From IMG/VR virus record IMGVR_UViG_3300040801_001224, positions 186,001 to 250,000 of that record: 64,000 nt of DNA. One strand, given 5' to 3'. Below are positions 8,706-17,740 of the stretch, piece after piece. The notes beneath the pieces were generated by a model. That model was not told the origin of the DNA. It was given only the letters and a program-made list of their open reading frames with translations, and made no database searches. A program made the position numbers and the translations under genes. Within the stretch, counting starts at the first letter, position 1. Each line of letters begins with the position of its first letter.

Positions 8706-9200
8706 ATGAGCAATTTTACTCAAGTATGTGATTTAAATAAGGCATTTGGCAGACCTAAGACAAACAGCCAAGAACAAGATTATACGAAGCTAGAGAATCA
8801 ATTTTCTTTAGTTTTAGAAGAAGTTGAAGAGTTACAACAGGCGATTAAAGATGAGAACTGGACGGAAGTTAAAGATGCGATTGGTGACATACTCGTTGTT
8901 ACATACGGGATGGGCTATGTTGCTGATATCAATTGCGATAGACTTATGGCCAATATAAGTGAGAGTAATTTCTCAAAGTTCTGTACGCCATTAGAGAAGA
9001 CACAGACCGTTGATTATTATGAGGGTCTTGGTGCAGAAGTAGTCGCAGAAGAAACAATGATTAATGGTATGCTAAGGTATGCTATAAAATCAGCTAAAGA
9101 TCAAACATACACCGAAAAGGGTGTGGAAAAAGCAGTAAAGAAAGGCAAGTTACTGAAGAACGTAAACTGGGAAGAACCTGAACTAGACGTGGAAAACTAA
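8706..9200 (+). CDS. MazG-like / phosphoribosyl-ATP pyrophosphohydrolase-like NTP pyrophosphatase
   Basis: LVLEEVEEL...EVKDAIGDILVVTYG...ISESNFSK. Confidence 0.85.
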   Translation: MSNFTQVCDLNKAFGRPKTNSQEQDYTKLENQFSLVLEEVEELQQAIKDENWTEVKDAIGDILVVTYGMGYVADINCDRLMANISESNFSKFCTPLEKTQTVDYYEGLGAEVVAEETMINGMLRYAIKSAKDQTYTEKGVEKAVKKGKLLKNVNWEEPELDVEN

Positions 9201-9201
9201 T

Positions 9202-10026
9202 ATGTGGCAAGGTGATGCAATATACGAGCTTTTCGAACATTATAATCATTATGATGACAGATACGAGAAGAAGAGTAGTGTGATGAGTAGATACAATAAC
9301 CGATATAACGAAAAGGATCTTTTTTATAAGATGCTTCTTGTACAGCCTCATCGACTGTTCCAGCTACATCCAGAGCTTTTTGGCACGTCACTGTTAAACC
9401 AAGAAGATATAGGTGGCTTGTATCAGAATAACCGGACACTATTTAAGGTGTTGGGATTTGAATATAAGGACCTGCCGTCATATGTCATGCTTGATGATAT
9501 GCTATATGATAGTGTGCCAATTGCTAGTTTGCGAAAGCATAGTGCGGCTATTCTAGAAAAAGTAACCACTAAAGAAGACATATCAAGTATAGCGTATCAA
9601 CGACCAGCATTATTTTTCCATCTTGGATTTAGTCTTGAAAAGGTGAACTCTGGCGAATCCATTGCTAAACTATTAAACTATTGTGATAGGTCTAAAAAGT
9701 TTAATGACCGGTATGATGATGTGTTCAGACAAGCAATGAAGTTAAACAAGACTGAGCTCAGAGAATTTATTCAGAAGTCACCAGCAACACTACGCAAATT
9801 GGATGCTGATTTGTTAGATGAGTCAACTCTAACTCACAAAGAATGGTTGCTACACATACTGAAACCAAAAAGTTTTAACAGGTTTTACAAGAATCATGTA
9901 ACACCAGAGTTAGTGGAAGATTTAAAAGAAGGTGTCTTCGTAGACGCCATATCAGGTAGTTCAATGGTAAACGTAAACAAATACCTGAAACATTACGAAG
10001 GAACGAAAAATTTATGGCCAGCATGA
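9202..10026 (+). CDS. Hypothetical protein
   Basis: 274-aa ORF in operon. Confidence 0.8.
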   Translation: MWQGDAIYELFEHYNHYDDRYEKKSSVMSRYNNRYNEKDLFYKMLLVQPHRLFQLHPELFGTSLLNQEDIGGLYQNNRTLFKVLGFEYKDLPSYVMLDDMLYDSVPIASLRKHSAAILEKVTTKEDISSIAYQRPALFFHLGFSLEKVNSGESIAKLLNYCDRSKKFNDRYDDVFRQAMKLNKTELREFIQKSPATLRKLDADLLDESTLTHKEWLLHILKPKSFNRFYKNHVTPELVEDLKEGVFVDAISGSSMVNVNKYLKHYEGTKNLWPA

Positions 10027-10439
10027 ACGGATTATATGCCCAACAGGAAAGAGCGGCACGTGAACAAAAAGCATTTCTTAATATGAGAGTTGAGTTTGTT
10101 GTAACTGTATATGGAGAAATTATACCATTTAACCAAATAGCCAGGCTGTCATTAAATCAATTTAATGATATTGACGGCATGGCAGATGCACTGGGATCCA
10201 CTGTGACACTTCCAGTGAATCATTTGTTTGCTGAATTGTCCAATGGACAACGATGTATTCTAGATTTAGATAACTTGGATTTTATGAATAGCATTAACCA
10301 GAATGAATATAGCATATACTTTTCTAATGATCAAGTTAAGAATTTTGTCATTAAATCATTTGTGAGGAACTATGAAACCAGTAAAGAAAACATTAAGCGT
10401 AGCAATTTCAACCAAGCAACAATTGAGCCAGCTGTCTAA
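10023..10439 (+). CDS. Hypothetical protein
   Basis: ATGA overlap with previous stop. Confidence 0.7.
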   Translation: MNGLYAQQERAAREQKAFLNMRVEFVVTVYGEIIPFNQIARLSLNQFNDIDGMADALGSTVTLPVNHLFAELSNGQRCILDLDNLDFMNSINQNEYSIYFSNDQVKNFVIKSFVRNYETSKENIKRSNFNQATIEPAV

Positions 10440-10653
10440 TATTCTTATAGAGAATCTAGGCAAACCACAGGAAACCTGGCGCTACCGGAAGATCGATTCA
10501 AATGGCAACCTCAACGTTGGCAAACGTTGTCGTATCGTAAAACACTTGGACAAAGGTAAGAATATTAATCTTGTGATCCAGGTATTTGAAAACGAAAACA
10601 ACATCTCTGATGAAGACATGTTGTTCTTTAGCTTATCGTCATGTGGAAACTAA
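10372..10653 (+). CDS. Hypothetical protein
   Basis: 93-aa ORF with SD GAGG. Confidence 0.6.
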   Translation: MKPVKKTLSVAISTKQQLSQLSNILIENLGKPQETWRYRKIDSNGNLNVGKRCRIVKHLDKGKNINLVIQVFENENNISDEDMLFFSLSSCGN

Positions 10654-11012
10654 AGCAAGGTAAGCAGATGCGTGATTACTCTGGTAAGATGAAATTCTAC
10701 CGGGTGACCATTACTGATGAAGACCTCGGGTCAAACACCCAGTCTAACACATTCCGAAATCATTTCATGACACAACGTAGAAAACAGCAGGCGTTCAAAA
10801 ACAAGTATAGGAAATGGGCTTGGGATAACTGTGGTGACACCTGGGCTATTTCGGAAATCGACACCATCTACAATCACGGTGACATTCAACATTTCTTTTA
10901 TATTGGTTTCACAAGTGGTGAAGATAAACTGATATTTAAGCTTTCACATGATCCTGAAGAAGTAATCATATACAAGGGTGGCATATCACTCTTTGTGCGT
11001 GAAAGAGCTTGA
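10641..11012 (+). CDS. Hypothetical protein
   Basis: 123-aa ORF in operon. Confidence 0.7.
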   Translation: MWKLKQGKQMRDYSGKMKFYRVTITDEDLGSNTQSNTFRNHFMTQRRKQQAFKNKYRKWAWDNCGDTWAISEIDTIYNHGDIQHFFYIGFTSGEDKLIFKLSHDPEEVIIYKGGISLFVRERA

Positions 11013-11037
11013 CACTACCACTTTATAATGTTAAAAT
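11009..11037 (+). promoter_or_regulatory. sigma70 promoter (CCACT class)
   Basis: TTGACA-ctaCCACT...-TAAAAT, 17-nt spacer. Confidence 0.7.
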
Positions 11038-11053
11038 ATACGTAATATAAATA

Positions 11054-11575
11054 ATGTTGGAAAAACTGATGATAAAAATTAAGAGCAAGATTGGCAATTT
11101 TATTGTTAATCGTGCGCTATCAATAACTGCTAAAAAGTTTGAAGATCACTATAATACGTGTGACCCCTTACGAACAGCAGAAGACATGGCTAATCATATC
11201 TATTTAGAGCAACAGGATTCTAACGTAGAAACATTTTATGCTTATTACATTGACATGGAAGGCTTTATTATTGACAGCTTCACTAAGTCAGGATCCAAGA
11301 ATTCAATTCAGATTTCCAATAAAGAGATTTTACAGCGAGCATTGGCGTGTGACGCACACAAGATTATAGTGGCACACACTCATGTCGCCCAATCACATGA
11401 ACCCAGTGATTCAGATATTTTGTTCACATACAATTTAATTAAAGCGGCCGGCCTATTAGACATGGTTGTGTATGATCATATTGTAGTGAGTAGACAAGGC
11501 TGGACGTCAATGAACGAACAGGGTTATATTGAGAATATGTACACTGAATTATTGTCAGAAAAGGAAGAAGCGTGA
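11054..11575 (+). CDS. RadC-like JAB/MPN domain protein
   Basis: Complete JAMM motif E...HTH-x7-SDSD; DHIVV. Confidence 0.85.
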   Translation: MLEKLMIKIKSKIGNFIVNRALSITAKKFEDHYNTCDPLRTAEDMANHIYLEQQDSNVETFYAYYIDMEGFIIDSFTKSGSKNSIQISNKEILQRALACDAHKIIVAHTHVAQSHEPSDSDILFTYNLIKAAGLLDMVVYDHIVVSRQGWTSMNEQGYIENMYTELLSEKEEA

Positions 11576-11928
11576 TAACAACTGACAGAGCCCAGGAGTT
11601 AATGTATTTGATTAGGACTAAGACTCCTATTCGACTAACTGACGAAGTCGGTGAAGAACGGCTGTCAGTAAAAATTCCTTTTACAGATAAAGTAGTAGAT
11701 ACTTCCGACATGTATTCTCTACGTGATTTATTTGAAGCCGGCGTTATTAACTTTGGTGAAGTGTCAATTGGAACTGCCGGCACGTATACTCTTGAAGTCA
11801 TATTTTATGATGACCTAATAGTAATGAATGATTATGGCGACCATTTAGAAGTGTTCAGAGATGAAACGATAAATGTTGCTATTGATGAAAACGTTTTTAT
11901 GGATATTCAACAATATTTGAGGTATTAA
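11572..11928 (+). CDS. Hypothetical protein
   Basis: 118-aa ORF, GTGA overlap, SD AAGGAAG. Confidence 0.7.
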   Translation: MITTDRAQELMYLIRTKTPIRLTDEVGEERLSVKIPFTDKVVDTSDMYSLRDLFEAGVINFGEVSIGTAGTYTLEVIFYDDLIVMNDYGDHLEVFRDETINVAIDENVFMDIQQYLRY

Positions 11929-11929
11929 A

Positions 11930-12466
11930 ATGTCAACAGTTACGATTGAACGATATAAGCCAGGCTTCTTTGAAGGCATCTTCTTGAAATTAGCATATAA
12001 GTTTCCAAAGTTTGGAACGGAGAAAGTTAACGTTTTTATGTTTATTAGCGTTATGTTTAAGTTAACCAGGCAGTTTTTCCACCGCACTTGGAATAAAATA
12101 AAAGCTATTCGTTTTGACAAACTGAGTTTGAAATTCTATTTCCATCATATGATGTTGAACCTAATGTTCTTCCTTAAAGGCTTAATCGGCTTGATTTCAT
12201 TAGGCTTATTTAGTCCTAACCTAACCGGCAAAGCAACTACTCGCTTGGCTAGAGCAAGACGTGACGTATCAGACGCTAGAGCTGAACGAGTACTTGAAGA
12301 AGTTGGTGAAGAAGAATTAGACGAACAGTTTGAGCATGGCGAGAAATCAAAGGTCAGTAAGATCCAGAAAAATCGTATTCGCAGGAGTAAGATGTCTGAT
12401 GAAGAGCTTAATGATGAAATTGATCAGAAGCTTGCGGCATTCCTGGACGAAAACGACGATAAGTAA
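11930..12466 (+). CDS. Hypothetical membrane protein
   Basis: Hydrophobic segments followed by charged tail; SD GAGG. Confidence 0.75.
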   Translation: MSTVTIERYKPGFFEGIFLKLAYKFPKFGTEKVNVFMFISVMFKLTRQFFHRTWNKIKAIRFDKLSLKFYFHHMMLNLMFFLKGLIGLISLGLFSPNLTGKATTRLARARRDVSDARAERVLEEVGEEELDEQFEHGEKSKVSKIQKNRIRRSKMSDEELNDEIDQKLAAFLDENDDK

Positions 12467-12470
12467 AAGT

Positions 12471-12728
12471 ATGGACCAGGAAGAATTAATAATGCTGATG
12501 CGATTGGGTCAGCACGTAAATTTAGATGACTACGATATTGACTTAACTGAGTACACTGATCTTATGTTAAAGAATGTGAACTTAAGTAAAGTGTATTATG
12601 ATGAGAGCGGGAGAGCTTCCTATGTGATTAATGAGGACATATCATATAGGTATAGGAACATTGACTTCCAGATGGGGTCAATAGCATATTCAGAGGGATT
12701 TAAGAATGACACATCATCCGTTTTATGA
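12471..12728 (+). CDS. Hypothetical protein (start reassigned to MDQEEL)
   Basis: In-frame ATG 4 nt after previous stop. Confidence 0.65.
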   Translation: MDQEELIMLMRLGQHVNLDDYDIDLTEYTDLMLKNVNLSKVYYDESGRASYVINEDISYRYRNIDFQMGSIAYSEGFKNDTSSVL

Positions 12729-12987
12729 TCCAAAGGATTTAAACGACATGCAACTTGCTGAAAAACTGGGTGAGTTGGTTGAAAAGCGTGGCCACGCATT
12801 TAGGATGGGCATGCCATCGCTTGTAGATAATATTGAAATGCTTATAGCTGAGATACACATGGAACAGGAAGCACGTACTTTTAAGGCTGAAAAAGAGTAT
12901 TATGAGAGGCAGGGCATTGATCCTAATGAGCCAATTACACTGGGTGAAGTAGAAGAAGTGGATATGAGGAAAGACGATAATGTTTAA
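12706..12987 (+). CDS. Hypothetical protein
   Basis: 93-aa ORF in operon. Confidence 0.75.
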   Translation: MTHHPFYDPKDLNDMQLAEKLGELVEKRGHAFRMGMPSLVDNIEMLIAEIHMEQEARTFKAEKEYYERQGIDPNEPITLGEVEEVDMRKDDNV

Positions 12988-13663
12988 TGAAATATCATTA
13001 TTGAAGATGAGTACAGGATTTTACGGTAATAGAATTAATGACACAACTATTTCACCGACATATTGGGAATTAACATATGAGATAATTCCTACTGAAGTAA
13101 GCGTTGAGGGCAAGATTAATCGTGGTGAGATTGCCTATGAGAAATTAAAGTTTTGGATTGATTACATCCTAAATGATTTGACGGTGAGCGAACACTCCAA
13201 TGAATTAGCCATGCAGATGTCATATATGTTTGAAAATCCAACTATGCTAACACCCTATTCGCCAACTAACAATCACTTAATACAGTTATTACATTCCAAG
13301 TTTTCAGCAATTGTTGGTGATGACCTGTATATTGGAAAGATGACACTGTCAAGCTCAGAAACTGACAGCGTGTGTGTGTTTAATACTGACGAAGGCGCAT
13401 ATAGCCTCCCGGAAGGCGATGAATACATTGTTGGCATGTACCACGATAAGCCATGGTGGCAACGCAAAACAATGGACTTTGCAGATTTTACTAAAGAAGA
13501 AATTGATAGCGATGAAGCGTTGCGTGAATTCATTGAGAATGAAGATCCACTAGTTACCTTTGAACGTGATATTATTGAGAGCGTGGCAGAAGCAACTAAC
13601 CGAAAACCACAGACAGCAGAAATCATTAAAGTACCTAAGAAATGGAAGCCAAAGATAGTTTAG
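12980..13663 (+). CDS. Conserved jumbo-phage hypothetical protein
   Basis: 227-aa ORF ending KWKPKIV immediately before the DnaE-like fragment. Confidence 0.75.
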   Translation: MFNEISLLKMSTGFYGNRINDTTISPTYWELTYEIIPTEVSVEGKINRGEIAYEKLKFWIDYILNDLTVSEHSNELAMQMSYMFENPTMLTPYSPTNNHLIQLLHSKFSAIVGDDLYIGKMTLSSSETDSVCVFNTDEGAYSLPEGDEYIVGMYHDKPWWQRKTMDFADFTKEEIDSDEALREFIENEDPLVTFERDIIESVAEATNRKPQTAEIIKVPKKWKPKIV

Positions 13664-14154
13664 GACGCATAACATTATCCGAGCAGGATTGTATAGACTT
13701 ATTGTTAAACGGCATTCAATTGCAGAATGTTTACGTTGACGATAAATCTGTGTCTGAAAAATATAACAGAAAAAACGACGAATACTTTCGCTATGACAGC
13801 GTTTTATCTGTGAAGGAGGACGTTTCTTTTGAAGAATTCCACCAGAATAATGTGGATACGTGGTTTATGCCAGATAAGTACAAGAACATAGATGTCAGAG
13901 AATACGTCTTAGATCGTGTCAGCACAGATGAAGAACGTGAGCGTGTTGAAATGGAATACGCCATGTACAAAGAACGAGATTTAGATGACGTATTGCGCCT
14001 TATGATTTTCCTTATAGAATTCTTTAGGGAAAACGACATTGTTTGGGGCGTAGGTCGTGGTTCAAGTGTAGCTTCATATATTTTATATATTATAGGCGTA
14101 CACAAGGTAAATTCAATCCTATACGATCTCGATATCAATGAATTTTTAAAGTAA
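13642..14154 (+). CDS. Stand-alone DNA polymerase III alpha (DnaE)-like fragment
   Basis: GVGRGSSVASYILYIIGVHKVN..YDL..EFL matches the DnaE GRGSxxxSLxxY motif; only 170 aa. Confidence 0.8.
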   Translation: MEAKDSLGRITLSEQDCIDLLLNGIQLQNVYVDDKSVSEKYNRKNDEYFRYDSVLSVKEDVSFEEFHQNNVDTWFMPDKYKNIDVREYVLDRVSTDEERERVEMEYAMYKERDLDDVLRLMIFLIEFFRENDIVWGVGRGSSVASYILYIIGVHKVNSILYDLDINEFLK

Positions 14155-14166
14155 ACGGAGATTACA

Positions 14167-14565
14167 ATGGCTAAAATGTATAGAACATCAAAAGGCAAAA
14201 TGATAGACATGGATGCTCTACGATTGCAGAGTGAAAAATCTACAGCAGTAGGCAACATGGGCGTCAATGGCCGTGGTGACAAATTAGGTAAAGGTGGTAA
14301 GGTAGAAGCCACGGTAGAACAACAGGCGAGAGCATACTACCGACATAACCCAAATGCCGCACCAAAGAAAGTAAATCTAAAAGAAGATTTAGTTGAAGAA
14401 GAAGTCAAGCAGGCTGAAGAAGAGCTTGAGGAAATTACTGAAAACATGCCAGAGAAAAAGTCTAAGCCTAAGAAAAAGAAGACTATTTCAAAGAAAAAAG
14501 AAGTTGAACTGGAAGATGGCTCAATACAAATTGTTGACGAGGACGTTGAGGTTGACGAAGATTAG
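14167..14565 (+). CDS. Hypothetical protein
   Basis: 132-aa ORF, SD GGAG; MYRTSKGKMIDM...VGNMGVNGRGDKLG. Confidence 0.8.
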   Translation: MAKMYRTSKGKMIDMDALRLQSEKSTAVGNMGVNGRGDKLGKGGKVEATVEQQARAYYRHNPNAAPKKVNLKEDLVEEEVKQAEEELEEITENMPEKKSKPKKKKTISKKKEVELEDGSIQIVDEDVEVDED

Positions 14566-14734
14566 GCAAGTAGCACACACTGGTTATCATAACGGTATAC
14601 CAACTACCGTGTTTGTCAACAACTCCGACGATGAGCGCAGGTATGCCTTCGAAAAAGCAGAAAAAATGAATAAGCATAACCCAATGACATTGCCGGGTGA
14701 TGAATGGTTAATTAAAGAAGGATGGTTAAAGTGA
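14552..14734 (+). CDS. Putative small protein (TTG start)
   Basis: 3' part of the 14393-14734 ORF; GAGG upstream of TTG; fills the gap before GroES. Confidence 0.4.
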   Translation: MTKIRQVAHTGYHNGIPTTVFVNNSDDERRYAFEKAEKMNKHNPMTLPGDEWLIKEGWLK

Positions 14735-15075
14735 ATCTAAAACCAATTAAAGACACAATATTGATACACAACTTAGAACGTGGTGGACGTACCTTAAGCT
14801 CAGGTATCATGCTACTAAATGATGATGGTAAAGAACATGGCGTAAGAGCTCGTTGGGCGCAAGTATACGCTAAAGGCCCAGAGATTGATTTTGTCACTGT
14901 AGGCGAATGGGTGTTGATTGAGCATGGTCGCTGGTCACGTGGTTTAGAAGTAGAAGAAGGTTTGACTGTATATAAGGTAGATAATGAGTCTATCCTGGCT
15001 ACAGCAGACGAAGAACCAAGCAATGAATATGTGAGACAAAGTACGTCCCACGGTTTCACAAAGGTTAGAGTTTAA
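14722..15075 (+). CDS. groES: GroES/Cpn10-like co-chaperonin
   Basis: LKPIKDTILI..ERGGRTLSSGIML..GPE..VTVGEWVL..YKVDNESILA. Confidence 0.85.
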   Translation: MVKVNLKPIKDTILIHNLERGGRTLSSGIMLLNDDGKEHGVRARWAQVYAKGPEIDFVTVGEWVLIEHGRWSRGLEVEEGLTVYKVDNESILATADEEPSNEYVRQSTSHGFTKVRV

Positions 15076-15111
15076 CAAGATAAATATATAGTAATATAGG
15101 AGATACATACA

Positions 15112-15588
15112 ATGTCAGAAGGGTTGATTTTAATAGGGGTTATAGCTGTAATAGTTGTTTTGATGACTGTGAAGCGTGGCAAGAAAGAGGACGATCACGG
15201 CGGCAACGAGGATGGTAGAGCACCATTGCGTAGTCCAGTTCAAGAAGCACCACGAGACGATGCTATTCGTGGTGAGGATGGAAACATCACTCCAGAGATG
15301 GAAGAAGCTCGCCGTAGAGTAGAAGAACAAGAACGTCAAGCTGAAGAAGATTCAATTCCAGAATTAACTGATGTAGTTGAGCCAACACCAAGTGGCGACT
15401 TAGATTTCAGCGGTACAGGTTCTGTTATTGATGCTGACTTACATGAAGAGTTGCAGATTGACATTTCAGCTTGGAAAAAGCTAAAAAAAGCTGACTTAGT
15501 CACTGAAGCTGGAAAGCAAGGCATTGAACTGAGCATGTCAATGACAAAAAATGACATGATTGCGAAAGTTGAAGAAAGCATTAAGTAA
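15112..15588 (+). CDS. Membrane-anchored protein with C-terminal HeH/Rho-N-like helical domain
   Basis: N-terminal TM; C-terminal KLKKADL...QGIELSMSMTKNDMI; late box at 15081. Confidence 0.6.
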   Translation: MSEGLILIGVIAVIVVLMTVKRGKKEDDHGGNEDGRAPLRSPVQEAPRDDAIRGEDGNITPEMEEARRRVEEQERQAEEDSIPELTDVVEPTPSGDLDFSGTGSVIDADLHEELQIDISAWKKLKKADLVTEAGKQGIELSMSMTKNDMIAKVEESIK

Positions 15589-15594
15589 GTACTG

Positions 15595-15879
15595 ATGCTA
15601 AAAAACAAAGTTGACCATCTACTTGCTACATTGGGCGAGGAGTGTGGTGAAGTACAGCAGAGCGTAGGCAAGGCCCTACGCTTCGGCTTATTTGAGCATA
15701 ACCCAAAGACACAAATGACACACTGGGTTAGTTTAAGGAATGAAGTACACGATCTAATAGCAGTTTACGAAATGTTATGTGACGACCTTGAATTGAGTTC
15801 AGAGTTCGATCGTGAAAAAATAGAAAATAAAATACACAAAGTAAACAAATACTACACTGAATTACAAGACAAGGAGTGA
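15595..15879 (+). CDS. MazG-like NTP pyrophosphatase domain protein
   Basis: LGEECGEVQQSVGKALRFG...NEVHDL. Confidence 0.7.
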   Translation: MLKNKVDHLLATLGEECGEVQQSVGKALRFGLFEHNPKTQMTHWVSLRNEVHDLIAVYEMLCDDLELSSEFDREKIENKIHKVNKYYTELQDKE

Positions 15880-15885
15880 CACACA

Positions 15886-16101
15886 ATGATACCACAGGGT
15901 ATCCGCAATTTGACTAAAGCACTGAAGCGAAAGTCAAAACCTTCCGAAGACCACTCCGAAGAATTCAAACACCTAATGCGTATGAAAAAGGATGACCTAT
16001 TCGTCCTGGCCGCTGAACATGACTGTGAAATACCGCCAGGTGCTACCAAAGCAAAATTAACAAATCTTATTTTAGACAAGAAAACACTTGACAATCACTA
16101 G
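15886..16101 (+). CDS. Small HeH/Rho-N-like protein
   Basis: MKKDDLFVLAAEHDCEIPPGATKAKL; SD AAGGAG. Confidence 0.55.
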   Translation: MIPQGIRNLTKALKRKSKPSEDHSEEFKHLMRMKKDDLFVLAAEHDCEIPPGATKAKLTNLILDKKTLDNH

Positions 16102-16116
16102 TATTTCTAGTATAAT
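16088..16116 (+). promoter_or_regulatory. sigma70 promoter
   Basis: TTGACA-17-TATAAT. Confidence 0.8.
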
Positions 16117-16142
16117 ACACACATCAACATAGGAATATATGA

Positions 16143-17072
16143 ATGAACAAGGTATGGTTCGATAAGTACAGGCCAGTTACTACTGAAGGTTATGTATTTA
16201 AAAATGATAATTTAAAATCACAAATTGCTACTTGGGTCAAAGAGCAAAACATTCCACACTTATTATTTTCAGGGCCAGCTGGCACAGGAAAGACAACACT
16301 AGCAAAAGTTATATTTAATGAGCTTGATGCTGATAAGGCAGACATTCTAGAAATTAACGCTTCTAGTGATAACGGTGTTGACTACATACGTGACACAACC
16401 ACAAACTTTGTAAGCACAATGTCATTCAGTGGTGGTATGCGTTACGTATTACTTGATGAGGCCGACTACTTGAGTCCAAATGCTCAAGCGGCATTGCGTG
16501 GTGTTATGGAACGGTTTATCAACACTTCACGTTTTATTCTAACGTGTAACTATCCAAGTAAAATTATTCCAGCTCTACATTCACGAGTACAGAGCATTAG
16601 TATTGATACCCTGGAGAAACCAGAGTTTGCTGGTAAGATGGCTGAAATTTTAATGTCTGAGGATGTTAAATTTGATGCTGATTCCCTGCAGACGTATATA
16701 GACGCTTACTACCCAGATATGCGTAAATGTATTAATGAGATGCAGTCAAACAGCTCATCTGGTGAACTGGTTATGCCAGACACAAGTACATCATCTAAAG
16801 ACTACATGCTAGAAATGGTTGCCTTATTCCGCAATAAGCAGTTTGAGCAAGCACGTAAGTTAGTCTGTAAGCAAGCGGCACCCGAAGAATATGAACAAAT
16901 ATTCCGTTTTTTATATGAGAACGTTGAGTTCTGGGGTGAGCAAGATCCAGTGAAAACCGGACAAGCAATTGTAACAATTAGAAATGGATTGGTAAATCAC
17001 ACATTAGTAGCAGACCCAGAGATCAATTTGGCCGCTTGTCTGTGTGACTTGGAATTAGTACAACAAGGATAA
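16143..17072 (+). CDS. Sliding-clamp loader AAA+ subunit (RFC small subunit / T4 gp44-like)
   Basis: WFDKYRP, SGPAGTGKTT, LEINASS, LLDEADYL, AQAALR, LHSRV. Confidence 0.95.
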   Translation: MNKVWFDKYRPVTTEGYVFKNDNLKSQIATWVKEQNIPHLLFSGPAGTGKTTLAKVIFNELDADKADILEINASSDNGVDYIRDTTTNFVSTMSFSGGMRYVLLDEADYLSPNAQAALRGVMERFINTSRFILTCNYPSKIIPALHSRVQSISIDTLEKPEFAGKMAEILMSEDVKFDADSLQTYIDAYYPDMRKCINEMQSNSSSGELVMPDTSTSSKDYMLEMVALFRNKQFEQARKLVCKQAAPEEYEQIFRFLYENVEFWGEQDPVKTGQAIVTIRNGLVNHTLVADPEINLAACLCDLELVQQG

Positions 17073-17076
17073 AATA

Positions 17077-17415
17077 ATGAAGAAAGGATACTACATAGTT
17101 TTAACACACTCATACCACGCGATGCCAACTAACCCGGGCAAGCACACTGTAAACGAAAAATGCGAATTTGTGACTTATGTTAAGGATCGTCATTTAGTTA
17201 ACGCAACTGTTATCATGGATATGGTTGAGCAGAAGTTAGTTAAGAGTCGTGTTGAAAATGCTACGTTTGATAAGTTTGTTAATCACGTAGAAAAAACACA
17301 TCCTGAATACCAGGAATTCAAGAAGCTCCTAAAAGAAGCACATCCTGATTTATACAAAGGCTTTGCTGATAAAGAAGTTTCTGTAACTGAAGATGGAGAA
17401 GTAAATGTTGAATAA
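17077..17415 (+). CDS. Hypothetical protein
   Basis: 112-aa ORF in operon. Confidence 0.75.
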   Translation: MKKGYYIVLTHSYHAMPTNPGKHTVNEKCEFVTYVKDRHLVNATVIMDMVEQKLVKSRVENATFDKFVNHVEKTHPEYQEFKKLLKEAHPDLYKGFADKEVSVTEDGEVNVE

Positions 17416-17677
17416 AGACTATTCCCAACTAAAAGAGTATCTGGATTTAGAAGGGACTGAGATATCAGATTACCTGTATACAGTGATTGAATTGTATGAG
17501 ATGTATGACATTGCTCACGGCATGTCGGAAGGATTCAAGGAATCAATTGAGCGAGAATTAGATTTCTGGCTCGAACGATTCGAGACTGAAACTGAAATTG
17601 TTGAAGAAGAGCATATCCGCCCGGCTATTCCTGAAAAGAAAACAGTTATCAGAACACTTGTCTGGAATGACGAGTAG
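17405..17677 (+). CDS. Hypothetical protein
   Basis: 90-aa ORF, SD GGAG. Confidence 0.7.
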   Translation: MLNKDYSQLKEYLDLEGTEISDYLYTVIELYEMYDIAHGMSEGFKESIERELDFWLERFETETEIVEEEHIRPAIPEKKTVIRTLVWNDE

Positions 17678-17706
17678 TTGACAAGGCCACTTTCTTGTGC
17701 TACAAT
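17678..17706 (+). promoter_or_regulatory. sigma70 promoter (CCACT class)
   Basis: TTGACA-aggCCACT...-TACAAT, 17-nt spacer. Confidence 0.8.
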
Positions 17707-17740
17707 GGTTCAATTGTTTATAAGGAAGGAACGATTATTT

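Noticed and set aside
13642-14154. Functional DNA polymerase III
   Set aside because: Only 170 aa; the rest of DnaE is absent and the replicase is the split PolB.
17678-17740. ORF-track TTG start at 17678 (similarly 24344, 24267 and 8663)
   Set aside because: These extensions run through promoter elements; downstream ATGs with an SD or at +1 are more plausible.
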